Origin: Candidatus Nanopelagicaceae bacterium
GTDB lineage: Bacteria > Actinomycetota > Actinomycetes > Nanopelagicales > Nanopelagicaceae
DNA length: 24,000 nucleotides
Direction of reading: 5' to 3'
NCBI GenBank assembly: GCA_965268005.1
Contig: OZ254130.1
Span: 977,858 to 1,001,857, forward strand
Shown: positions 8,058 through 15,463 of the stretch, in pieces
How the letters are laid out: every line of letters starts with the position of its first letter
How positions within the stretch are numbered: the first letter of the stretch is position 1
Notes under the pieces: generated by a model
What the model saw: the letters and a program-made list of their open reading frames with translations, nothing else
What the model was told of the DNA's origin: nothing
The model's database searches: none
Made by a program: the position numbers and the translations under genes

Positions 8058-8708
8058 TTACGCAAACTTTCCTGTTACCAAGTAATACACGCGACGTGAT
8101 ACAGAAACCGCGTGGTCTGCATAACGCTCGTAGTAACGACCAAGAAGTGTCAGATCGATTGCGCTTTCAACTCCGTGCGCCCAACTTGGATCTACCAATG
8201 TTCTAATCAACTGGCGGTGAAGTTTGTCCATCTCGTCATCATCAGTTTCAACTTCTAAGGCAACCTGGGTATCGCGAGATGCAATTACTGAACCGGTCTT
8301 GCGTGCAATCTTTTCTGCAGCTTCACCCATTTGTTTGAAGCTTGCTGTTAGCTCAGCAGGAATCGCGGCATCAGGATGACGCAAGCGAGTAATTTTTGCG
8401 ACGTGATGAGACATGTCGCCCATACGTTCTAAATCCGCACTCATTCGAAGCGCAGTTACCAGCGCACGCAAATCTGAAGCAACTGGTTGCTGACGCGCAA
8501 TGATGTCGATGATGCGTGCATCAAGTGCATGCTGAAATTCATCGATGCTGTCATCTGTCGCAATTACCTCTTCAGCTAACTTCAAGTCGCTATTGAGAAT
8601 TGATTCAGTTGCCTTTGCGATTGAAATGGCAACCATGTCTGTGAGGTCAACTAGTGACTGAGAGACGCCATCTAGTTCATCTTGGAAAACTGATCGAATA
8701 AGAGCCAT
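8058..8708 (-). CDS. phoU: Phosphate signalling complex protein PhoU
   Basis: 216-aa two-repeat PhoU with 'SADLERMGDMSHH' and 'GRYYERYADHAVS' metal-binding motifs. Confidence 0.9.
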   Translation of the reverse strand: MALIRSVFQDELDGVSQSLVDLTDMVAISIAKATESILNSDLKLAEEVIATDDSIDEFQHALDARIIDIIARQQPVASDLRALVTALRMSADLERMGDMSHHVAKITRLRHPDAAIPAELTASFKQMGEAAEKIARKTGSVIASRDTQVALEVETDDDEMDKLHRQLIRTLVDPSWAHGVESAIDLTLLGRYYERYADHAVSVSRRVYYLVTGKFA

Positions 8709-8714
8709 GGCGGC

Positions 8715-8769
8715 AACCTACGAGCCGGGGGTGAATAGATTCTGTCTGCAAAGTGAACGCAGGGTTAAC
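8715..8769 (-). promoter_or_regulatory. Candidate PHO-box operator (four 11-nt direct-repeat units) plus a -10 TAGGTT for leaderless phoU; shared divergent region with senX3
   Basis: The minus strand reads GTTAACCCTGC GTTCACTTTGC AGACAGAATCT ATTCACCCCCG, then GCTCG, TAGGTT (8720-8715), GCCGCC and ATG (8708). For the plus-strand kinase gene, TAGAGT (8786-8791) lies 7 nt before GTG 8799. Confidence 0.5.
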
Positions 8770-8798
8770 TGGCGCGCCCAGGCTATAGAGTTGGTCAC

Positions 8799-9863
8799 GT
8801 GAAGTTCCTCCGCAAGGAAGCAGATGCGCCAGATGAGCGTGCGCTACCGAGCATGCTGCTGGAAACCCTGTCTCAGTTAGATGGCGAAGCGGTTGTTCTG
8901 GCAAATGGAGAAGTGCCGATCTTTACTACCCCCGGCATCGACCAGATCGGCCTTTTGCGTGATGGTCGAATTCAAAGTGCCGAGCTTCTAGCGACCGTTC
9001 GCGTTGTTCGCAGAAAGCACTCCCGACAAACAGGAGTAATAGAACTTCCCCGCGGGCCTATTGGTGAAGGTCGCCATGAATTAACGGTCAATGTAATTCC
9101 ACTTACCGAAAATGACTTAGTTCTTGTTTTGCTACGAGATGAAAGTGAAGCTCAACGTGTTGACGAAGTTCGCCGCGATTTCGTTGCCAATATTTCTCAC
9201 GAATTAAAAACACCAATTGGTGCGCTCTCGTTACTTAGCGAAGCCGTATTGGGAGCAAAGAATGATCCTGCTGCCGTCGAGAAATTTGCGACGAGAATGC
9301 AAACAGAATCAAAAAGACTTACAGATCTAGTACAAGAAATTATCAATCTTTCAAGGCTGCAAGACTCTGATCCACTGTCTGTGCCTAGTGAACTGCACAT
9401 TCAAGATCTCATTAATGAAGCGATTGATCAGAGCCAAGTCACCGCTGATAGTCGTCATATCTGGGTTTCCAATAGCGAAGTTGTTGATGGTCTAATTCTT
9501 GGTGATCGAGAACAGTTGATTATGGCGATTCAAAACTTGATTGAAAACGCGATTAACTATTCACCTGAAGGAACAAAGGTGAACGTCACTTCAACGGTTG
9601 ATGATGGAATCATCGACATTTCAATAACCGATCAAGGAATTGGAATTCCCGAGGCGGATTTAGATCGAATCTTTGAGCGTTTCTATCGTGTAGATCCGGC
9701 GCGCTCACGGCAAACAGGTGGAACAGGATTAGGACTTTCAATCGTTAAGCACGTAGCGCTAAAGCATGGCGGTGAGGTTAAAGTGTGGAGTGCCGAGAAT
9801 GTAGGCAGCACCTTCTCGCTTCGCTTGCCACTGTATGTACCTTCTGAGGAGATCGCACAATGA
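8799..9863 (+). CDS. senX3: Sensor histidine kinase, SenX3/PhoR-like, with no predicted transmembrane segment
   Basis: H-box 'FVANISHELKTPIGAL', N-box 'LIENAINYSPEG', G1 'DQGIGIP', G2 'GGTGLGLSIVKH'. The N-terminal ~130 aa look PAS-like and are not hydrophobic. An in-frame TAA at 8766-8768 prevents any N-terminal extension. An ATG at 'SMLLETL' is an alternative start. Confidence 0.85.
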   Translation: MKFLRKEADAPDERALPSMLLETLSQLDGEAVVLANGEVPIFTTPGIDQIGLLRDGRIQSAELLATVRVVRRKHSRQTGVIELPRGPIGEGRHELTVNVIPLTENDLVLVLLRDESEAQRVDEVRRDFVANISHELKTPIGALSLLSEAVLGAKNDPAAVEKFATRMQTESKRLTDLVQEIINLSRLQDSDPLSVPSELHIQDLINEAIDQSQVTADSRHIWVSNSEVVDGLILGDREQLIMAIQNLIENAINYSPEGTKVNVTSTVDDGIIDISITDQGIGIPEADLDRIFERFYRVDPARSRQTGGTGLGLSIVKHVALKHGGEVKVWSAENVGSTFSLRLPLYVPSEEIAQ

Positions 9864-10549
9864 CAAAGATTCTTATCGTTGAAGATGAGTCCTCATTTTC
9901 TGAAGCCCTGGCCTTCTTATTAGGTAAAGAGGGTTTTGAGGTAACTGTTGCTGAAGACGGCCGTCAAGCTTTAGATATGTATGCAAAAGATGGTGCAGAC
10001 CTAATCTTGCTTGATTTAATGATTCCTGTTGTATCTGGCATCGAAGTTTGCAGAACTATTCGCACAACTTCGCAAGTACCAATCATTATGTTGACCGCGA
10101 AAGATGCCGAAATTGACAAGGTTGTGGGTCTCGAACTGGGTGCTGATGATTATGTAACTAAACCTTATTCATCCCGCGAACTTATTGCTCGCATTAAAGC
10201 GGTCTTGCGTCGCGGAATCTCAGATGAATCATCGGAAGCTGAACATGGAATTCATACCGTTGCAGGTATCAAGCTAGACATTGGCAAGCACCAAGTAACA
10301 ATTAACGGTGAAGTTGTTTCACTCCCTCTTAAAGAGTTCGAATTACTGGAGTTCTTAATGCGCAATGCTGGTCGCGTACTTACTCGTTCGCAATTAATTG
10401 ATCGTGTGTGGGGTGGCGATTACTACGGCGATACAAAGACTTTAGATGTTCACATCAAACGCTTGCGTGCAAAGATTGAAGCAGATCCAGCAAACCCTGT
10501 TTTAATTCAAACAATTCGCGGACTTGGATACAAATTAGAAAGTAACTAG
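9860..10549 (+). CDS. regX3: OmpR-family response regulator, RegX3/PhoP-like
   Basis: The receiver domain reads 'MTKILIVEDESSFSEALAFLLGKEGFEV...LLDLMIPVVSG' and continues 'KVVGLELGADDYVTKPYSSRELIARIKAVLRR'. This closely resembles mycobacterial RegX3 as I recall it. The winged-helix C-terminus includes 'TIRGLGYKL'. Its start overlaps the kinase stop as ATGA. Confidence 0.9.
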   Translation: MTKILIVEDESSFSEALAFLLGKEGFEVTVAEDGRQALDMYAKDGADLILLDLMIPVVSGIEVCRTIRTTSQVPIIMLTAKDAEIDKVVGLELGADDYVTKPYSSRELIARIKAVLRRGISDESSEAEHGIHTVAGIKLDIGKHQVTINGEVVSLPLKEFELLEFLMRNAGRVLTRSQLIDRVWGGDYYGDTKTLDVHIKRLRAKIEADPANPVLIQTIRGLGYKLESN

Positions 10550-10627
10550 CGAGTGGCAGCACTCCGACTATCACTTTAGGGCTGTACCACTCACTCCCTT
10601 CTTCTTGTTCGACCATAAAATAGAGGC

Positions 10628-12163
10628 ATGACAACTCTAGAAAATATCCGTGAGAGTATAGAAAATCCAAAGTTCACCTATCGACAAAGAGTTGCCGTCC
10701 TCGCTAATTTGGCTGAAAATCTTCTTGATCCACCTCCTGTGCGAAAAGAGTGTCGCGAGGCACTAGAGGCACGAATTATTTGCGATATGTATGAAGGTAA
10801 CGCGCCATACCGTCCTCGCTATTTACTTCCTGATTACGCAATTGTCTTAGAAAACGGTTCAGCTTTTCTAGAATTACCTGCCGCAAAGAATCTAGATGAT
10901 GCTTTGGCATTTCTATTAATAATGTATTCCGCAACCCCCTCAATCACTGGATACCCTGTCTATTTCGGAGATCTCGATACATTGTTGCTGCCATATATCG
11001 AAGGTATTAGTGACGAAGATTTGTACGCAAAATTAAAGCGTTTCTGGATCAGCCTCGATCGAATGTTTCCAGATGCATTTGCGCATACAAATCTAAGTCC
11101 TGTGTATAACAGAGTCTCCAAGTTGATTCTCGCTTTGGAGCGCGAATTACTTCAGGTAGTACCAAACATAAGTTTAAAGGTGGATCCAGAATTAACTAGC
11201 GATGAGTACCTAATGGATGCGGTGAAGACTGTTTTTGCATGCGGTAAGCCACACTTCATAAACGATCCAATGATGCAATCAGATTTAGGTGCGCGCTATG
11301 CAGCGGTTAGTTGTTACAACTCCCTGAAAATCGGTGGCGGTTCACATACCCTGGTTCGGATCAATTTAAAAGCTACCGCAGAACAATGTAATGGAGGCAA
11401 GGATCAATTCTTTGATCAAACCCTCCCCCATTACCTTGATCTAACTGCAGAGCTCATGGAGTCACGCATCAACTATTTAGTTGAAGATTCCGGTTTTTAT
11501 GAAAGTAATTGGCTCGTGAACGAAAGATTATTGGATTTGGATAAGTTCTCAGCGATGTTTGGAATTTTCGGTCTAGCTGAGTGCGTCAACATTTTGATGG
11601 AGCGAGAAGGTGATTCAGGAACTTATGGTCACAGCTCCATGGCGGACGATCTTGGTTATGAAATTACTAGTTTCATTGCAAATTGGGCATCCCAGAGAAA
11701 GATGCCTTACTGCAATGGAAATAACGGTAGAGCGCTACTGCATTCACAATCCGGAATTGATCTTGATATCGGTGTGACCGCTGGTACTCGAATTCCAATC
11801 GGCACTGAACCTTCCTTACTAGAGCATTTGAAAACCGTTGGCCGTCATCACCATTTATTTGCATCTGGAATAAGTGATGTTCTGTCATTCGATGAAACTG
11901 CGGTCAAAAATCCTCTTGCCGTAGTAGATGTCATAAAGGGTGCATTCAAATCCGGGATGCGAGATTTCACCTTTAATTTAGACAGCAACGATTTCATCCG
12001 TATCACCGGTTACTTGGTACGTAAATCAGATTTACAGAAAATGCCCGCTGCTCGCCATAGCAGCACTTATTTGGGTGCGGGATCTGTTGCTGATTCTCAC
12101 GTCGACCAACGTAATGTGAAAAGAGTTGTGAGTCATGAAAGCTCGCCACGCACAGGTAGCTAA
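10628..12163 (+). CDS. Short glycyl-radical enzyme, YjjI-like (DUF3029 family), substrate unknown
   Basis: 511-aa ORF. A glycyl-radical-type motif 'FIRITGYLV' lies about 50 aa from the C-terminus (compare PFL RVSGY and NrdD RxCGYLG). A mid-protein stretch 'AVSCYNSLKIGGGSHTLVRINL' resembles an NrdD-like Cys loop. The size matches E. coli YjjI (about 516 aa as I recall). It is followed immediately, with overlap, by an activase gene. TAAAAT (10616-10621) sits 6 nt before the ATG. Confidence 0.7.
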   Translation: MTTLENIRESIENPKFTYRQRVAVLANLAENLLDPPPVRKECREALEARIICDMYEGNAPYRPRYLLPDYAIVLENGSAFLELPAAKNLDDALAFLLIMYSATPSITGYPVYFGDLDTLLLPYIEGISDEDLYAKLKRFWISLDRMFPDAFAHTNLSPVYNRVSKLILALERELLQVVPNISLKVDPELTSDEYLMDAVKTVFACGKPHFINDPMMQSDLGARYAAVSCYNSLKIGGGSHTLVRINLKATAEQCNGGKDQFFDQTLPHYLDLTAELMESRINYLVEDSGFYESNWLVNERLLDLDKFSAMFGIFGLAECVNILMEREGDSGTYGHSSMADDLGYEITSFIANWASQRKMPYCNGNNGRALLHSQSGIDLDIGVTAGTRIPIGTEPSLLEHLKTVGRHHHLFASGISDVLSFDETAVKNPLAVVDVIKGAFKSGMRDFTFNLDSNDFIRITGYLVRKSDLQKMPAARHSSTYLGAGSVADSHVDQRNVKRVVSHESSPRTGS

Positions 12164-12830
12164 TGTCATTCCATTCTCGTGGGTAGATGGTCCTGGAAAT
12201 CGCTTTGTACTTTTCTTACAAGGCTGCAATTTTAACTGCCTAGCCTGTCATAACCCTCAAACTATTCCTTTACATACACGTCGGGTACGAGAATTAACCG
12301 TTTCTGAAGTATTGGATCAGATCAAAGAATCTATGCCATATATATCCGGTGTCACCATTTCTGGTGGTGAAGCCACAGTTCAACATGAATTCATCGCTGA
12401 ACTGTTTACCGCAATAAAAGAGAGTGATGAGCTTTCGGCATTAACTACATTCATTGATAGTAATGGGAATGCCTCGTCCGAAGTCTGGGACCAGCTCGCC
12501 AAAGTTACGGATGGAATAATGCTTGATTTGAAGGCGCTGGATGAGCAGCGACATATTGAGCTGACCGGCAACACTAATTCAGTAGTTCTGGATTCGATCA
12601 AGCATCTTCAGAAACTTGGCAAACTGTACGAAGTTCGATTACTTCTTATTCCTGGCGTCAATGATTCCGATCAACAGTTGATTGATACAGCTGTGTGGTT
12701 AAAAAATATCGATCCTGCGATGCGCATCAAAATTAATGCATTTAAGACTCATGGTGTGAGGGCCGCAGCCAAAAATTGGCCGGAAGTCTGCGATGAGGAT
12801 ATGTCTCGGTACTCGGCAATTATTTCGTAG
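12135..12830 (+). CDS. Glycyl-radical enzyme activating protein (radical SAM, PflA/YjjW-like)
   Basis: 231-aa ORF with the N-terminal activase signature 'VDGPGNRFVLFLQGCNFNCLACHNP' (CX3CX2C) and the SAM-binding 'TISGGEAT'. It has only 4 Cys in total, so no auxiliary ferredoxin-like cluster insert. It overlaps the upstream GRE gene by 29 nt. Confidence 0.85.
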   Translation: MKARHAQVANVIPFSWVDGPGNRFVLFLQGCNFNCLACHNPQTIPLHTRRVRELTVSEVLDQIKESMPYISGVTISGGEATVQHEFIAELFTAIKESDELSALTTFIDSNGNASSEVWDQLAKVTDGIMLDLKALDEQRHIELTGNTNSVVLDSIKHLQKLGKLYEVRLLLIPGVNDSDQQLIDTAVWLKNIDPAMRIKINAFKTHGVRAAAKNWPEVCDEDMSRYSAIIS

Positions 12831-13314
12831 GGCTTTTGCGAATCATTCTTTGGTGAAACTTTCCGGGCTGACGAGTGCTTGGAGTGTCATCGCCAATTTT
12901 TACAAAACCTAATTTTTCGTAGGCGGCAATTGCGCTGTAGTTATCGATCCACACGCCTAGGCCTTGAACCTTCCAATCACGATCTTGGGCATCAACAAAC
13001 TGCATCATGGCTCGAAATAGACCGTTGCCCCGAAATGCAGGATCACTCCAACATCCACCAATCCAGCATGTGGCCCCAAAGTCTCCTTCAAGAACTTCGA
13101 GGTACATCATGGCTGCATCATGTCCATCAACGGATGCAACTAGGAACTCGTTCTTAATGAACTTTTCACGCCAAGTAGCTTCATCTTCAGCACTTTCCTT
13201 CTCAAAAGTTCCACCGAATGCTTCAGGGTTGGCTCTTAATGAACGAAGCCTTATGTCGCGAATGCGAGCCCATTGATCTGCATCAACTATTTCAACGAGA
13301 ACCTCTTGATTCAT
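12820..13314 (-). CDS. GNAT-family N-acetyltransferase
   Basis: 164-aa ORF with GNAT motif A 'FRGNGLFRAMMQFV' and the C-terminal 'AIAAYEKLGFVKIG'. It converges on the activase gene and overlaps it by 11 nt. Confidence 0.8.
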   Translation of the reverse strand: MNQEVLVEIVDADQWARIRDIRLRSLRANPEAFGGTFEKESAEDEATWREKFIKNEFLVASVDGHDAAMMYLEVLEGDFGATCWIGGCWSDPAFRGNGLFRAMMQFVDAQDRDWKVQGLGVWIDNYSAIAAYEKLGFVKIGDDTPSTRQPGKFHQRMIRKSPTK

Positions 13315-13367
13315 GTCCTAATGATGCCATCTGCACAATGAACTGTCAGAAAGATTAGAATGATGCA

Positions 13368-15431
13368 ATGTTGATCAAGTGGTCACTAGCCGCCGTTAAG
13401 GCTCGCTCACTTGTTTTGGCCATGTGGATTGCCCTAACCGCTTTTGGTCTATTCGGTGCATCCAATCTGGATCAATATCTAACAACCTCACTTGTAGTGC
13501 CAGGCAGTTCTTCGGCAGCTGCCAACGAAATCCTGAATGAAAAGTTCAAGGAAAATACTGAAGGCACATTCACCGTTATGTATAAGTACAAGCAGGCAAC
13601 AACGGAGGAAATTGAAGGTTTTAAAATTGCGGTTCGTGAAGCTGCTGCGGTAATTCCGGGTTCAGAAATTACTCAAGAAAAAGCCTTTGCAGGGACTCTG
13701 TACGCAAACATCGGAACCCCATTTGATCTTAAAGAGGCTGCCGAATACACAAAGGCATTTCGCTCGGCATTATTAACCCAAGGTCTGAAGGGTGCACTAG
13801 TTAGCGGTCCCCCAGCCATAGAAAGCGATGTCGTTCCAATTCTTTCTAGCGACTTACACCGAGGTCAAGTAATTGCAGTTGTACTAGCAGCATTACTTCT
13901 CGTAGCTACATTGGGCTTTACCTGGGCGGTTTTAATTCCTCTCCTTTTTGGTTTAGCAACAATCTCAACAACCTTGGGAATCATCTATTTACTGGCACAA
14001 CATTTCTTAATGGTTTTGTATGTCCCGAGCATCGTTGAATTAGTTGGCTTGGGCCTTGCGATTGATTACTCGCTTCTGATGGTTAGTCGCTATCGTCGAG
14101 AAATAGAAATAAGTAAAGATCCTTTAGCCGAAACCATGAATACTGCCGGCAAAACTGCTGTCATATCGGGAGCAACAGTTGCATTGGGTCTTTCAACCTT
14201 ACTTTTGGTTCCCGTTCCCTTTGTTCGATCTCTGGGTCTTGCCTGCTTAATCCTGCCTTTAGTTTCAATTGCCGCGGCAGTCACACTTCAACCAATTTTA
14301 TTATCGGCATTAGCTAAGACAAGCAGTTCAAAGTTCAAAGGTTTTCTTAATTTTTCATTTGACCGCTTAATTGAGGTAGCAATCAAGCGACCTCGTGTGG
14401 TGCTTGCATCATCACTAGCCGTTGTGACGCTACTAATGTCGGCATTGACGTGGTTTCAAGTCACTCCAAGTTCGTTAAGCGCGATCCCTGACCATCTTGA
14501 GTCTGCACAAGCGCTAAATGCAGTGACATCTAAGGTTGGCGTGGGAGTAATAACTCCTTCAGAAATTGTTGTCGATCTAGGACCAAATACAACCGCACAG
14601 AAATTAGCTGATGTTCGATTTGAGTTTGTGAAGAGAATCGCAGCTGACAAAGAGGTCTTCACGGTAGCTAATGGCGAGAAGTGGCCATATGTTGATCCGA
14701 CGGGGCGTTACCTGCGCATCTATGTTTTTGGAAACCATGATCTTGGCTCAAGTGAAACCAGAGGGCTAGTTTCAGATCTAAGAAATAAGTACATCCCCGA
14801 AGCTGGTTTTCCTACAGGGACAAAGTTCTATCTGGGCGGTGCCCCTGCGCAAGGCATTGATCTGCTTGATGCAATTTCAGCTTCGCTGCCGCTGATAATC
14901 ACCTTAATTTTGCTCATTACTTTCCTGATTTTGTTACGAACTTTTCGTTCAGTGGTATTGGCTATAAAGGCGATTGTTTTAGATTTAATCTCAATTGCAG
15001 TTTCGTTTGCTGTTCTTGTTCTAGTCTTTAAATTTGGAATTGGCACCTATCAACTTGAGCAACTTGAAGCCTGGGTGCTCGTGTTGCTATTTGCCGTCTT
15101 GTTTGGCCTTTCAATGGATTACGAAATCTTCATTGTTTCCCGTATGCGAGAAGCTTGGGATCACGGTGCAAGTAATGAGGAATCAATTCGTGAAGGAATG
15201 CGAAACTCTGGAACAGTTGTAACTGCAGCGGCATTAATCTTCATAACTGCTCTCACCGGTTTGATAACTGGACACTTTGCAGGCTTGCAACAACTTGGGG
15301 TCGGACTAGCAGCTGGCGTTCTCATTGACGTAACAATAATTCGTGGATTGCTTCTTCCTAGCGCCATGATGTTATTAGGCAAATGGAATTGGTGGATGCC
15401 AGGGCAAGGAAAAACCCCGTCTAACACCTAA
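13368..15431 (+). CDS. MMPL-family (RND superfamily) membrane transporter
   Basis: 687-aa ORF with two 6-TM-type hydrophobic blocks, each followed by MMPL-type motifs 'GLGLAIDYSLLMVSRYRRE' and 'GLSMDYEIFIVSRMREA'. TAGAAT (13356-13361) sits 6 nt before the ATG. Confidence 0.85.
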   Translation: MLIKWSLAAVKARSLVLAMWIALTAFGLFGASNLDQYLTTSLVVPGSSSAAANEILNEKFKENTEGTFTVMYKYKQATTEEIEGFKIAVREAAAVIPGSEITQEKAFAGTLYANIGTPFDLKEAAEYTKAFRSALLTQGLKGALVSGPPAIESDVVPILSSDLHRGQVIAVVLAALLLVATLGFTWAVLIPLLFGLATISTTLGIIYLLAQHFLMVLYVPSIVELVGLGLAIDYSLLMVSRYRREIEISKDPLAETMNTAGKTAVISGATVALGLSTLLLVPVPFVRSLGLACLILPLVSIAAAVTLQPILLSALAKTSSSKFKGFLNFSFDRLIEVAIKRPRVVLASSLAVVTLLMSALTWFQVTPSSLSAIPDHLESAQALNAVTSKVGVGVITPSEIVVDLGPNTTAQKLADVRFEFVKRIAADKEVFTVANGEKWPYVDPTGRYLRIYVFGNHDLGSSETRGLVSDLRNKYIPEAGFPTGTKFYLGGAPAQGIDLLDAISASLPLIITLILLITFLILLRTFRSVVLAIKAIVLDLISIAVSFAVLVLVFKFGIGTYQLEQLEAWVLVLLFAVLFGLSMDYEIFIVSRMREAWDHGASNEESIREGMRNSGTVVTAAALIFITALTGLITGHFAGLQQLGVGLAAGVLIDVTIIRGLLLPSAMMLLGKWNWWMPGQGKTPSNT

Positions 15432-15463
15432 GTGCTAAACGGGGTTTTAGTCCCGTGACTACA

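Noticed and set aside
8677-8904. 75-aa minus-strand ORF spanning the phoU start and the phoU/senX3 spacer
   Set aside because: It overlaps the PhoU N-terminus out of frame and the kinase gene antisense. The region is better explained as promoter and operator DNA.
10550-10627. Searched the regX3-GRE spacer for PHO-box repeats and a terminator
   Set aside because: - There are only scattered TCAC/CACTC motifs at 12- and 20-nt spacing, with no GTTCAC cores in 11-nt phase.
- The only hairpin (GAGTG-GCAG-CACTC) is 5 bp with no U-tract.
- The sequence therefore supports neither Pho control nor termination.
15431-15463. Possible bidirectional terminator between the convergent MMPL and 552-aa genes (ACGGGG-TTTTAG-TCCCGT)
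   Set aside because: The stem is only 5-6 bp including a wobble pair, and there is no U-tract on either strand. This is too weak to call.
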